Shown piece after piece: positions 10,701 to 19,850 of a stretch of 64,000 bases of DNA. Below the pieces are notes generated by a model. The model was not told where the DNA came from. It saw only the letters and a list, made by a program, of their open reading frames with translations, and did no database searches. Source of the stretch: Candidatus Eiseniibacteriota bacterium (GTDB taxonomy: Bacteria; Eisenbacteria; RBG-16-71-46; CAZAMP01); NCBI GenBank assembly GCA_965224245.1, contig OZ245046.1, forward strand, positions 2,784,001 through 2,848,000, in the 5' to 3' direction. Position 1 is the stretch's first letter. Each line of letters starts with the position of its first letter. A program made the translations under genes and the position numbers.

Positions 10701-12525
10701 CCGTGGTGGCCGACGCGTCGGTGGAGCTGAGCGCGCAGCGCTCGGGTACGCCGTCGTCACAGGCCTGGATTCGATACGTATATCGTGTGCCCGGATCCAG
10801 GCCGATGTCCGTGAACGAGATGCGACCGGTGCCGCCGGTCACCGAGCCCACGACGCCCCCGCCGGCGTGGGCGTACTCGCGGACGTCGTATCGGATGTCG
10901 CCGGGCGACGTCCGGTCGTCGGTGACCGCATCCCAGGACACGGTGATCGACGTCGGCCCGTCGGCCACCGCCGACAGGTTGGACGGCGGGCTCGGCGGAT
11001 CGTTGCCGTCGCCGCCGCCCTCGCCCGTCAGGAGATGCAGCGTCCAGTCGCCGGAGCTCGGCGCCGAGAACGAGCGGGATCCACCGCCGGTGGTGGTGCC
11101 CGCGCTCTGCGTGGCGCCGGTGATGCAGTTGAGCCACGTGCCGCTGACGCTTCCCGACACCGCCGACAGGTTCACCGAAACGGTGCCCCCGCTGGGCATG
11201 TAGACGACGTACTCGACGCCGGGCACCGCCGACAGGGCGGCCCGGCTGCCCGAGACCAGCTCGTCGTGCGGCACGAGCGCGCCGAAGTTCTCGACGTCGT
11301 CGCGGAAGAACCGCTGCGCGACACCCACGTCGGGAGCCACTGCCAGGTCGGACGCGTAGTCCCGGTCGAGATAGCCGGCATTCTGGACGGCGGTGAAGTA
11401 CACACCGGTACCCCCGGTCAGACCGGCCTCCCAGACAACCTCACGCAGCAGCTCGCGCGTCCAGCCGCGCCCGGAGTCGTCCTCGCGAAAGCGATCGCAG
11501 AACGCCATCGGGACGTCGCGACCGGTCCACTTCTCGACGATGAGATTGCGGGTGACCTCGCTCCGGTGGCGGTCACCATCCGAGTAGTAGTCGGGGTTCT
11601 CGGGGATCCAGCCGGTCTGGCCACCGGAGGTGTTGAAGCCCGTACGGCTGCCGACCGGGTGATCCCACGGGTCGTTGTCGCGGAACCAGTCGATGAACCA
11701 GTTGACCCAGTCCTCGGAGCGGTGCTCGACGACGTCGATCGCCGTGTCCCAGACCACGATCGGATAGGCGCCGAAGCGGGCCACGGTGTACTTGAAGAGC
11801 TGGATCTCCTCCTCGGAGTACTCCGCCATGCCGTTGGCGCTCGGGGCATCACCGTCGTCGGTGTACATCATGATGTAGTGCCCCATGCCCCGGTCCCGAA
11901 GATAGTCGTAGTGCTCGTTCATGCGATCCCAGACCGGCAGGTAGTACTCGTCGAGCGTCCCGGAGACGAGCACGTTCCAGGCCTGTGGCTGGCGGAAGTA
12001 CACGAGCGTGGTGCCGATCATCCTCGCGCCGACGGTCTCGTCGGCCCAGTCGATGAAGTCGCGGATGCCGGCGTCGAGATCGGTCGTGCGGAAGTACTCG
12101 CGCGTGGGGATCCACACCGGCTGGGTCGCCTCGCCGTCCGCGAGCTTCCAGCGGCGAGTGGCGTACGGCTCGAGGCTTCCCGGCAGCCCCGACGAGACAC
12201 AGGTGAACGAGCCCGTCTTGGCGTTCAGATCGGAGTCCGGCGACGAGGTGACGAACGTCCACTCACCGGTGCGATCGGGCATGAAGTAGATCTTCCACGT
12301 GTCGTCGCCCGCGTAGAAGCCGAACTGCGTCAGCGTTCGCCCCGAGGACGTGTGCGTGAACGTGCCGGTAAAATCGATGTGGAACGGATTGCCGCTGTAG
12401 CTCGTGTTCGTGTAGACCGCTTCGAAGCGCTTCCACTTGCCGACGTCTTCTGCGGCCGCGTCTCCGGGTAGGAGGGAAGAGGTGACGAGCGTAACGAGGA
12501 TCGCACTCCGCACTGTTCTCAGCAT
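7705..12525 (-). CDS. Large secreted protein: DUF5060/DUF4038-like putative glycoside hydrolase core, collagen-binding-like Ig domain, 10 FnIII domains, FlgD/T9SS-like CTD
   Basis: GGGAGG RBS and signal peptide MLRTVRSAIL...AAA. Motifs VGKWKRFE...GFYAGDDTWKIYFMPDRTGEWTF, YTVARFGAY, DPWDHP, YVVYMPSGG..W. Ten FnIII repeats, then YPNPF...YDVAGR...GIY. Confidence 0.85.
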   Translation of the reverse strand: MLRTVRSAILVTLVTSSLLPGDAAAEDVGKWKRFEAVYTNTSYSGNPFHIDFTGTFTHTSSGRTLTQFGFYAGDDTWKIYFMPDRTGEWTFVTSSPDSDLNAKTGSFTCVSSGLPGSLEPYATRRWKLADGEATQPVWIPTREYFRTTDLDAGIRDFIDWADETVGARMIGTTLVYFRQPQAWNVLVSGTLDEYYLPVWDRMNEHYDYLRDRGMGHYIMMYTDDGDAPSANGMAEYSEEEIQLFKYTVARFGAYPIVVWDTAIDVVEHRSEDWVNWFIDWFRDNDPWDHPVGSRTGFNTSGGQTGWIPENPDYYSDGDRHRSEVTRNLIVEKWTGRDVPMAFCDRFREDDSGRGWTRELLREVVWEAGLTGGTGVYFTAVQNAGYLDRDYASDLAVAPDVGVAQRFFRDDVENFGALVPHDELVSGSRAALSAVPGVEYVVYMPSGGTVSVNLSAVSGSVSGTWLNCITGATQSAGTTTGGGSRSFSAPSSGDWTLHLLTGEGGGDGNDPPSPPSNLSAVADGPTSITVSWDAVTDDRTSPGDIRYDVREYAHAGGGVVGSVTGGTGRISFTDIGLDPGTRYTYRIQACDDGVPERCALSSTDASATTDATSSPPNDPSAAVAVSLGPTSVRVSWVDNGDPDGDPVEFYVEEIGDASIASGWLPPGTTSWEATGLQPATEYQFRVRGRDDGDPPLYSGWATTNTVATGEAFNQPPYEPIDVVATVLGDSEVRIDWTATGDPDGDAVQYYVRDVDDAEIASDWLPVGTTSWTATGLEPSTTYRFLVRARDDGDPPAQSGWAGSNEVTTDDPPNRPPNAPIDVTATVIGETAVRVTWIDKGDPDGDPVEFYLEDTTDPGLSSGWLPPGTMDWLASDLTSGTRYEFRIVARDDADPPLQSDWVVSNAVETGVVDNQPPSEPTNVVATALGSTEVEITWSEATDPDGDPIEYFVRDVDDATITSDWLPAGTTSWRATGLEPATTYKFLVRARDDADPPARSGWAGSNFVTTDAPGNRPPAVPGEPTATVLGPTSIRVTWIDLGDPDGDAVEFYVEAVGSPSITSGWLPAGTTRWDATDLTSHTTYTFRVRARDDASPPLESDWATTNEATTADTPNRPPSEPSNVRATVEGQREVLITWDPAVDPDGDPIEYLVREVDDAELTSGWLPASTTSWLVTDLAPFTTYRFLVRARDDADPPAQSGWAGSNEVVTDPGPNQGPTEPRDVVAQATSATTIHITWTGATDPDGDQIEYYVREATDATIQSGWLSGGITSWEATELQPETTYKFLVRARDDGTPPAQSGWAGSAYVTTPPENQTPSAPPVLSALAMGHDVIRLTWEPAVDPNGEELAYRVESVSEPSIASGWLEIGVRTWDATGLSADSAYRFRVQARNERGFESGWLVGDEVRTLPEDVDTTPPLAPEVPAATVGTGGVALSWTPSAEGRIQGYHVYRRPQGGILDRLTPTPIPETRFVDETAETGLAYYYTVTAVSTAGIESAPSLELWVRASVSLPRSIALDRVYPNPFRSEATFRFSIPEVGEGRPEGARVTIDLYDVAGRRVGRVLDDYFQPGVRQVAWSVSDVQGRLSPGIYIAVLRSEGVVSTERLALTR
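8610..10690 (-). repeat. Intragenic tandem array of about 300-nt FnIII repeats
   Basis: Seven consecutive ~100-aa units share W...DPDGD....V....S.WL..G.T.W.ATGL...Y.F.VRARDD..PP..S.W. The DNA word gcccagccggactgcgc recurs at about 8627, 8927 and 10127. Confidence 0.9.
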
Positions 12526-12594
12526 CGACGCTGCCTCCCGGTGGTGTGCCACTGCGCACGGATCCAGGACTCGGTATGGGTAGTTCGGATTCGG

Positions 12595-12610
12595 TGCAAC
12601 GGCTCTGCCG
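12595..12610 (-). promoter_or_regulatory. Candidate sigma54 -24/-12 promoter
   Basis: Minus strand CGGCAGAGCCGTTGCA has GG-N10-GC spacing with TTGCA, 70 nt upstream of the ATG at 12525. Confidence 0.55.
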
Positions 12611-13040
12611 CTCTGGAGGCGGGTTTGCGCCGATCGCTGGCGAGGGTTTGTATCAGACATCGGGCTCGCAGTTCAACCGCCCCGTGCCCGGAATCTCGCT
12701 TTCCGCGAACACCCATCGCCTCGCGCACCGTATCCACCTACATGGATCGGTCCATCTCGACCGCTTCCCGCGTTCTAAATGCACGTGTGCACACGCGGGA
12801 GTCGACCCCGGGTCGGGCGGATCCCGGCCGACCTCCGACGCAACCGGGAGTGGCGGCCGATCGCCGAAGACCTTGGGAACACGTTCGTTGAGTTCGTGGT
12901 CCGGCACCGCGGCGCCCGACCGAGCGCTCGATCGAGGGCGGGAACCATCGGGAGGCCCCCCGGCCCGAACACCGATCGGCGTCGCGCCGCGGCGCGCACG
13001 GCCGGGAATCCCAGTGCCGGCGCGCCCTCGCGCCTCCGGG

Positions 13041-13901
13041 CTAGCGGAACACGACGGTGCGGTTGTCGCAGACGATCGTGCGCCGGGTCAGGTGCGAGAA
13101 CACGCCCCTGGCCAGCACGACCTTCTCCAGGTCGCGTCCCTTGCGGATCAGGTCCGCGATGGAGTCCCGGTGCGTCACGTGCGTGACGTCCTGCTCGATG
13201 ATCGGCCCCTCGTCGAGATCGGCGGTGACGTAGTGGCTGGTCGCGCCGATGATCTTGACGCCCCGCTCGTGCGCCGAGTGGTACGGCCGGGCCCCGGGAA
13301 AGGCCGGGAGGAACGAGTGGTGAATGTTGATGATGCGATTCGGGTAGCGTGAGACGAACTCGGTCGAGAGCACCTGCATGTAGCGCGCGAGCACGATCAG
13401 CTCGACGTTCTCGCGCTCGATGAGGGCGATCTCCTCCGCCTCCTGCTGGGCCTTGTTCTCGGTCGTGATCGGAAACACGTGACAGGGCACGCCGAACGCG
13501 TCGGCCACGCGCCGCGTCTCCTCGTGATTGCTGATGATGAGCGCGATCTCGCAGCGCCACCCCCGGGACTGCCATCGCGAGAGCATGTCGTAGAGACAGT
13601 GATGACGCCGGGATGCGAAGATGGCGATCCGGGGGCGGTCGTCGGAGAAATGCAGCGACCAGTCCATCCCGTACTTCTCGGCGACCAGGATGCGGAAGAA
13701 CTCCGCGATCTTCTCACGCGGGATCCCGAAGGACGACAGGTCCCACTCGACGCGCATGAAGAACCGGCTCCGCCGATCGTCCACGTGCTCGTCGACGTCC
13801 AGGATGTTGCCGCCGTTCTCCTGGAGGAACGTCGCGATGTTGGCGACGATCCCCGGCCGGTCCGGACAGTGGACGAGGAGAATCGCGGACGGGGATCTCA
13901 T
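13041..13901 (-). CDS. purU: Formyltetrahydrofolate deformylase
   Basis: ACT domain CPDRPGIVA, motifs LARYMQVLS, INIHHSFLPAF.GA.PY..AHERGVKIIGATSHYVT..LDEGPIIEQ. Confidence 0.97.
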   Translation of the reverse strand: MRSPSAILLVHCPDRPGIVANIATFLQENGGNILDVDEHVDDRRSRFFMRVEWDLSSFGIPREKIAEFFRILVAEKYGMDWSLHFSDDRPRIAIFASRRHHCLYDMLSRWQSRGWRCEIALIISNHEETRRVADAFGVPCHVFPITTENKAQQEAEEIALIERENVELIVLARYMQVLSTEFVSRYPNRIINIHHSFLPAFPGARPYHSAHERGVKIIGATSHYVTADLDEGPIIEQDVTHVTHRDSIADLIRKGRDLEKVVLARGVFSHLTRRTIVCDNRTVVFR

Positions 13902-14001
13902 GGTCGACTCGATGCCTTCCTTCTCGGTCCGCTCGGTCGAGGACGACGGCCATCCCCTGCCTCGCCCCCACGCCGAGCGCGCACGGGGATCGTGGACTCT
14001 C

Positions 14002-15180
14002 TCATGGGAAGAACCGGCGCTTCTCGCGCGACATGCGCCGCAGCTGCGCGCTGGGGCGGTAGCGGTCCTCGCCGTACTCGTGGTGGAGCGCGGTCAGCCA
14101 CTTCAGCACCTGACGCACGCCGAGATCGTCGCACCAGCGCAGGAGCCCCTTCGGGAAGTTCAGCCCCAGCGTGACCGCACGATCGATGTCGGTGGCGTCG
14201 CCGATCCCGTACAGCACGGCGTCGGCCGCCTCGTTGATCAGGAGGGCCAGGATCCGCACGAAGATGCCTTTGGCCAGCTTGCCGTCGCGCTTGGCCACCG
14301 GCGCGGGCGCGCCGTCGGTGTGATCGTAGTACCCGTGGCCGGACTTCCGTCCTAGACGTCCCGCTTCGACCATCCGGAGCTGCGTGATCGCCGGCCGGTA
14401 GCGGGGCTCGTGAAAGGACGACTCGTACATGCCGCGCGTGGTGGCCAGGCTCACGTCGGTGCCGACGAGATCCATCAGCTCGAACGGCCCCATCTTGAAG
14501 CCGCCCCGCTCGCGCATGGCCCAGTCGATCGTGGGCACGTCCGCGATCCCCTCTTCCAGGATCCGGAGTGCCTCGCCGTAGAACGGCCGGGCGACGCGAT
14601 TGACGATGAAGCCGGGCGTGTCCTTCGCGAGCACGGTCGCCTTCTCCCAGCGGTCCACGATCGAGCGGGCCTCGTTCACGACCCACTCGTCCGTCCGGAG
14701 GCCGGGTACGACCTCGACCAGCTTCATCCGCGTGGCAGGGTTGAAGAAGTGCGTGCCGATGACGCGCCCGGGTACGCGACAGGCCGACGCCAGTGCCGTC
14801 ACCGACAGCGACGACGTGTTGGTGGCGAGAATGCAGGACTCGCCCACTGCATGCTCCAGCGCCGCGAACAGCGACTGCTTGGCCGCGAGGTCCTCCACGA
14901 TCGCCTCCACCACGAGACCGGCATGGCGGGCCGATCCGACGTCGGCGTCGGTGGTGAGCCGTGCCCGGATGGAGGCGGCGTGGTCGGCGTCGATGCGATC
15001 CCTGGCGAGCTGCCGCTCGAGGCTCGCATCGATGGCCCCGGTGGCGGCATCGAGCGCCGCGGCGTCGGCGTCGATCAGGGTCACGTTGTGCCCGGCGGTG
15101 GCCGCCACCTGGGCGATGCCGCGCCCCATCGTGCCGGCGCCGATCACGCTCACGTTTGCCGGAGACGGCGTCAGACCCAT
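14002..15180 (-). CDS. 3-hydroxyacyl-CoA dehydrogenase (PaaH-like, duplicated C-terminal domain)
   Basis: GAGTMGRGIA, ATNTSSLS, HFFNPA, DTPGFIVNR, MGPFELMD. The ATG overlaps the upstream TAA (TAATG). Confidence 0.93.
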   Translation of the reverse strand: MGLTPSPANVSVIGAGTMGRGIAQVAATAGHNVTLIDADAAALDAATGAIDASLERQLARDRIDADHAASIRARLTTDADVGSARHAGLVVEAIVEDLAAKQSLFAALEHAVGESCILATNTSSLSVTALASACRVPGRVIGTHFFNPATRMKLVEVVPGLRTDEWVVNEARSIVDRWEKATVLAKDTPGFIVNRVARPFYGEALRILEEGIADVPTIDWAMRERGGFKMGPFELMDLVGTDVSLATTRGMYESSFHEPRYRPAITQLRMVEAGRLGRKSGHGYYDHTDGAPAPVAKRDGKLAKGIFVRILALLINEAADAVLYGIGDATDIDRAVTLGLNFPKGLLRWCDDLGVRQVLKWLTALHHEYGEDRYRPSAQLRRMSREKRRFFP

Positions 15181-17483
15181 TACTTGAACCTCGGGGTGAA
15201 GCGGTCGATGGATGCGTACGGCGCCGGCCACGGCATGGGGTACCCGAGCTCGTAGGCGGCGTGCCGCGTCCAGTACGGGTTCCACAGATGCATGCGGGCC
15301 AGCGCGCAGAGATCCGCACGGCCGGCGGCCAGGATCGTGTTCACGTCCGTGAACGACGAGATGTTCCCGACCGCCATCGTCGGAATGCCGACCTCGTGCC
15401 GGATGCGATCCGAGAACGGCGTCTGGAACAGCCGCCCGTACACGGGCCGCTGATCGGGGACGGTCTGTCCGGCCGACACGTCGGTGAGATCGCATCCGTG
15501 CATGGCCAGCATGCGCGCCACGTTCACGGCGTCGTCCGCCTCCATGCCGCCGGGGTACCAGTCGGTGGCCGAGATCCGCACCGAGATCGGCTTGTGTGCC
15601 GGCCACACCTCGCGGACGGCGTCCAGCACCTCCAGTGGATAGCGCATCCGGTTCGAAAGCGGGCCGCCGTAGTCATCGGTGCGCCGGTTCGTGAGGGGAG
15701 AGATGAAGCTCGCCAGGAGGTACCCATGGGCGAAGTGCAGCTCGACCAGATCGAAGCCCGCCTCCCCGGCCAGGTGCGTCGCGCGCACGAAGTCGTCCCG
15801 TACGGCATCCATGTCGGCCCGCGTCATCTGCCTCGGCACCTGACTGTAGGAGAACCACGGGATCGGCGACGGCGCCACGAGCGGCCAGTCCCCCTCCGGG
15901 AGCGGCTCGTCGGCGCCCTCCCAGGGCACGCGGGTGGCGCCCTTCCGGCCGGCGTGGGAGAGCTGCACCCCGATCTTCGCGTCGGTGTGCGCGTGCACGA
16001 AGTCCACGATGCGGCGCCACGCCGGGACGTGGGCACCCTCGTAGAGCCCGGTGCACCCCGGCGAGATACGGCCCTCGGCGCTCACGTCGGTCATCTCGGT
16101 CATCACCAGCCCCGCGCCGCCGATCGCGCGGCTTCCCAGGTGAACGAGGTGCCAGTCGTTCGGGAGTCCCTCGCGCGCGCTGTACTGGCACATGGCCGAC
16201 ACGACGACGCGGTTCTCGAGGCGGAGATCGCGCAGGCGGAACGCGGTCATGCACGGAGGAGGCGGCGCGCCGGCCGGGGACAGAGGAGTGGGCCGGCCGC
16301 TGGCGGCATCGGCCTGGGCGTGAAACCACGCATCGACCTCGCGAACGTACCCGGGGTCGCGCGCCCGCAGATCCTCGTGCGTGATGCGGAGACTCCGGGT
16401 CAGGAGCGTGAAGCCGAACTGCACGGGCTCGAGGTCATGGTACCGCTCGACCTCCTCGAACCAGACGAGACTCGCCTGCGCGGCTCGCTGGAGGCTCTCG
16501 ACCGGCGGACGTCGCTCGGCCTCGTAGGCGTCGAGGGCCTTCCGGACGCCGTCCTGCATCGTCCGCCGGTCGCCGGGAACGCCGCGCCCCCCTCCCAGCG
16601 CGCCGAAGGCCTCGCGGAGCGCGATGGCGTCCTCGAGCGCGAGCTTCGTCCCCGATCCCACCGAGAAGTGGGCGGTATGGGCGGCGTCCCCGACCAGGAC
16701 GACGTTCTCGTGACTCCATCGTCCGTTTCGCACCGTCGGAAAGCGGCGCCAGATCGAGCGGTTGCCCACGAGCCGGTGTCCGTCCAGCTCCTCGGCGAAG
16801 AGCGCCTCGCAAAACGAGACCGCCGCCGATTCGTCGTCGGGATCGAGCCCGGCGCGGTCGAACGTCTGGCCGGTGGCTTCGACGATGAACGTCGAGAGCC
16901 CGTTCTCGTACTGATACGCGTGGCCACGCCACAGCCCGTGCTCGTCCTCTTTGAAGTAGAACGTGAACGCCGGAAACGGACGGGTGGTCCCCAGCCAGAC
17001 GAACCGATTCGGCCGCAGGTCGATGGTCGTCTCGAAGTGCTCACGCCGGTCGTCACGGATGCGGCTGTTGATGCCGTCCGCCGCGATCACGAGATCCGCC
17101 TCGCGGTGAGCGTCCAGAGCATGCACGTCGGTCTCGAACCGAACGTCGACCCCGACCTCCCGGGCCCGCTCGGCCAGGATCGACAGAAGACCGAGGCGCG
17201 AGAGACCCGCGAAGCCGTGTCCGGTGGATCTGAGGACGCGGCCCCGGTAGTGGATGTCGATGTCGTCCCAGTGAGTGAAGCGATCGGTGATGGCGCGCCA
17301 GGACGGCTCGTCCGCCTCGCGGAGGTTGTCCATCGTGGCGTCCGAGAACACCACGCCGAAGCCGAACGTGTCGTCGATCCGGTTGCGTTCGAACACCGTC
17401 ACGTCTCGGGACGGATCGGCCAGCTTGAACAGGATCGCCGAGTAGAGGCCGCCGGGCCCTCCGCCCACGACGTGGATCTTCAC
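15180..17483 (-). CDS. abmA: Bifunctional anthraniloyl-CoA monooxygenase/reductase (salicylyl-CoA 5-hydroxylase family)
   Basis: FAD monooxygenase half ([49 protein letters not shown]) fused to an OYE half ([41 protein letters not shown]). GTG at 17483 overlaps the upstream TGA. Confidence 0.92.
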   Translation of the reverse strand: MKIHVVGGGPGGLYSAILFKLADPSRDVTVFERNRIDDTFGFGVVFSDATMDNLREADEPSWRAITDRFTHWDDIDIHYRGRVLRSTGHGFAGLSRLGLLSILAERAREVGVDVRFETDVHALDAHREADLVIAADGINSRIRDDRREHFETTIDLRPNRFVWLGTTRPFPAFTFYFKEDEHGLWRGHAYQYENGLSTFIVEATGQTFDRAGLDPDDESAAVSFCEALFAEELDGHRLVGNRSIWRRFPTVRNGRWSHENVVLVGDAAHTAHFSVGSGTKLALEDAIALREAFGALGGGRGVPGDRRTMQDGVRKALDAYEAERRPPVESLQRAAQASLVWFEEVERYHDLEPVQFGFTLLTRSLRITHEDLRARDPGYVREVDAWFHAQADAASGRPTPLSPAGAPPPPCMTAFRLRDLRLENRVVVSAMCQYSAREGLPNDWHLVHLGSRAIGGAGLVMTEMTDVSAEGRISPGCTGLYEGAHVPAWRRIVDFVHAHTDAKIGVQLSHAGRKGATRVPWEGADEPLPEGDWPLVAPSPIPWFSYSQVPRQMTRADMDAVRDDFVRATHLAGEAGFDLVELHFAHGYLLASFISPLTNRRTDDYGGPLSNRMRYPLEVLDAVREVWPAHKPISVRISATDWYPGGMEADDAVNVARMLAMHGCDLTDVSAGQTVPDQRPVYGRLFQTPFSDRIRHEVGIPTMAVGNISSFTDVNTILAAGRADLCALARMHLWNPYWTRHAAYELGYPMPWPAPYASIDRFTPRFK

Positions 17484-18634
17484 GAGCCGCTCTCCCCGTG
17501 CATGCCGATCAGCTGACCGGCGATCAGGAGTCGCTGGATCTCGGTCGTGCCCTCGTAGATCCGGAGCGCCCGCACGGCTCGCTGAAGATGATCGACGACA
17601 TGGTCGGCCATCACGCCGCGTCCCCCGAGAATCTGCACCGCGCCGTCGACGATGCGTCCGGCGGCCTCGGTCGCGTACGACTTCGCCATCGCCGCCTCCA
17701 GCGTCACCCGGGAGGCACCCCCGTCCTTCGCCCACGCCGTGCGGTACACGAGCAGGCGGCTCGCCACGAGCTCGGTCGCCATGCGCGCCAGCTTGTCCTG
17801 AACGAGCTGAAACTCGACCAGCGGCTGACCGAACTGCCGGCGCGTGCGCGCGTGCGCGAGCGCCTCGTCCAGTGCCCGGGCGGCCATCCCGCACGCGGTC
17901 GCGCCGACCGAGCCGCGCAGCCGATCCAGCACCCCGAGCCCGACGCGGAGCCCCTTTCCCTCCTCCATCAGGCGATGATCGAGTGGGATGCGACACCCGC
18001 CGAACGACACCTCGCCCAGCGGGTGCGGCGCGCTCATGACCTGCGCGCCCGCGAAGCGGCAGCCCGATGTCGACGCGGGCACGACGAACGCGGAGATGCC
18101 CGCGCCCTCCACGGTCGCGAACACGACGTAGACGTCGGCGATGCCGGCGTTGGAGATGAACGCCTTCTCACCCTCGATCACGTATTGATCGCCGTCACGC
18201 CGCGCCGTCGTGCGCAGCGCCCCCACGTCCGATCCCGCCTCCCGCTCGGTCATCGCGAAGCCACCGATCGCCGTACCCTCCAGGAGCGGGCCGAGCCACC
18301 GATCCCGCATGGCCGCGTTCCCTGAGACGATCAGGGACGTCGCCGCGAGCGCCTGGATCGCGAACACCGCGTCCGCCAGCGGAGAGTGGTAGCCGAGCGC
18401 CTCGCGCGCGATGGCGACCCGGCGCAGGTCCTGGGCTCCGATGGCCTCGAGCCAGCCGCCCCGGGCGAGGCGGATGGCGATCCCGGGCGCCTGGGCGCGG
18501 GCGTCCGCGTCGGACTCGGGTAGCGGGCGCGCGGTCAGCTCGGGGGCCGACGCGTGCACCCGATCCATCCACTCGACGTGCCGCGGCTCGAGAAAGGCGC
18601 GGACGGGCGCCGCGTCCAGCATGAACGCGCTCAC
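17480..18634 (-). CDS. Acyl-CoA dehydrogenase
   Basis: [54 protein letters not shown] coupling at both ends. Confidence 0.92.
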   Translation of the reverse strand: MSAFMLDAAPVRAFLEPRHVEWMDRVHASAPELTARPLPESDADARAQAPGIAIRLARGGWLEAIGAQDLRRVAIAREALGYHSPLADAVFAIQALAATSLIVSGNAAMRDRWLGPLLEGTAIGGFAMTEREAGSDVGALRTTARRDGDQYVIEGEKAFISNAGIADVYVVFATVEGAGISAFVVPASTSGCRFAGAQVMSAPHPLGEVSFGGCRIPLDHRLMEEGKGLRVGLGVLDRLRGSVGATACGMAARALDEALAHARTRRQFGQPLVEFQLVQDKLARMATELVASRLLVYRTAWAKDGGASRVTLEAAMAKSYATEAAGRIVDGAVQILGGRGVMADHVVDHLQRAVRALRIYEGTTEIQRLLIAGQLIGMHGESGS

Positions 18635-19440
18635 GAGAACCGCGCCGGCCGCTTGGCCACGAACGCATCGTGCGCCTCGCGGAAGTTCGGGTTCAGCATG
18701 CACGCGGCCTGGATCTCGCCCTCGGCCGCGAACGCGCTCTCGAGATCCATGTGGGCCTCCCGGTTCAGGTACGCCTTGGTGACCTCGAGCGCGAAGGACG
18801 GACCCGCCGCCAGCTTGCGGGCGAACGCGGTGGCCTCGGCGGCGAGCGCGTCGTTCGGGACGACCCGGTTGTAGAGCCCGATGCGGTGGGCCTCGGCGGC
18901 CGAGATGAAATCGCCGGTCATCAGGAGCTCGGTCGCGTGACCGAGGCCCACGATGCGAGGCAGGAGCCACGCCGCCCCCATGTCGGCCCCGGAGAGACCG
19001 ACCTTCGTGAACAGGAACGCGATCTTCGCCGCTTCCGACGCGATCCGAACGTCGCTGGCCGCCGCCATCACGGCCCCCGCGCCGGCCACGGTTCCGTTCA
19101 GGCCGGCCACGACGGGCCGCCGGCACCGTCGCATGGCCAGGATCAGGTCGCAGGTGAGCCGCGTGAAGTCGAGTAGCTCCTCGTACGTCTTCTCGAACAG
19201 ACGTCCGATGATGTCGTTCACGTCGCCGCCGGAGCAGAACGCGCGCCCGGCCCCGGTCAACAGTATCGTCCGCACGCCCGGCTCGGTGTCGAGCGCCCGG
19301 AACGTGTCGCGCAGCTCCTCGTAGACCTCGAACGTCAGGGCATTGAGCCGGTCGGGTCGATCGAGCGTGATCGTCGCGACGTCGTGCTCGGTGTCGAGTT
19401 CGTACCGAAACGAGCGGGGGGTCGGCGGCATTGGCGTCAC
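18631..19440 (-). CDS. Enoyl-CoA hydratase/isomerase
   Basis: ITLDRPDRLNALT, GRAFCSGGDV, GAGAVMAAASD.R, GLSGADMGAAWLLPRIVG. Confidence 0.93.
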   Translation of the reverse strand: MTPMPPTPRSFRYELDTEHDVATITLDRPDRLNALTFEVYEELRDTFRALDTEPGVRTILLTGAGRAFCSGGDVNDIIGRLFEKTYEELLDFTRLTCDLILAMRRCRRPVVAGLNGTVAGAGAVMAAASDVRIASEAAKIAFLFTKVGLSGADMGAAWLLPRIVGLGHATELLMTGDFISAAEAHRIGLYNRVVPNDALAAEATAFARKLAAGPSFALEVTKAYLNREAHMDLESAFAAEGEIQAACMLNPNFREAHDAFVAKRPARFS

Positions 19441-19850
19441 TCCTGATGCGGGGGCAGTACGGCCGTGGCCTCGATCTCCACGAGCGCACCCTCGTCCACG
19501 AGGCGGGAGACCTCAACGAGGGCCATCGCCGGGTAGTGCCGCCCCAGGCGCTCGCGCCAGGCGCGACCCAGACGCTCGCGTCCGGACAGATAGGCGTCCA
19601 GATCGGCCACGTACACGGTCATGCGTCCGATGTCGGACGGCGCGCCGCCGGCCTCCGACACGACCTCGAGTATGCGGTCGAGCGCGCGCGCGAACTGATC
19701 CACGAGATCCCCGTCGATGATGCGCCCGTTCTCGTCGGATGCCGCCTGTCCGGCCACGAAGAGCAGACGTCCGCCGGGCGGAGCGACGAGGCCGTTGTTC
19801 CACCCGCTCGGCTGGCCGAGGCTCTCGGGATTGATGATGTCGAAGCTCAC
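19437..19850 (-). CDS. RidA/YjgF-family enamine/imine deaminase
   Basis: LFVAGQ, HYPAMALVEVSRL....LVEIEATAV. GTGA coupling to the SDR stop. Confidence 0.9.
   Translation of the reverse strand: MSFDIINPESLGQPSGWNNGLVAPPGGRLLFVAGQAASDENGRIIDGDLVDQFARALDRILEVVSEAGGAPSDIGRMTVYVADLDAYLSGRERLGRAWRERLGRHYPAMALVEVSRLVDEGALVEIEATAVLPPHQE

Noticed and set aside
8030-11000. Regularly spaced DNA repeats considered as a CRISPR array or DGR-type repeat
   Set aside because: The repeats are in-frame, degenerate ~300-nt protein domains with no unique spacers, and no cas or reverse transcriptase gene is nearby.
9292-12471. 1059-aa plus-strand ORF, and similar long ORFs such as 26574..29258 +, 31693..33945 -, 51141..53366 +, 59465..61861 - and 62392..63699 -
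   Set aside because: Antisense shadows of well-supported genes. High GC suppresses stop codons, and the translations are Arg/Gly/Val-rich with no motifs.
12560-12660. Minus-strand CAAACC...GCGCAAA resembling a c-di-GMP-I (GEMM) riboswitch
   Set aside because: No GNRA tetraloop or receptor and weak stems. The segment overlaps a better sigma54 promoter match. An Infernal scan would settle it.
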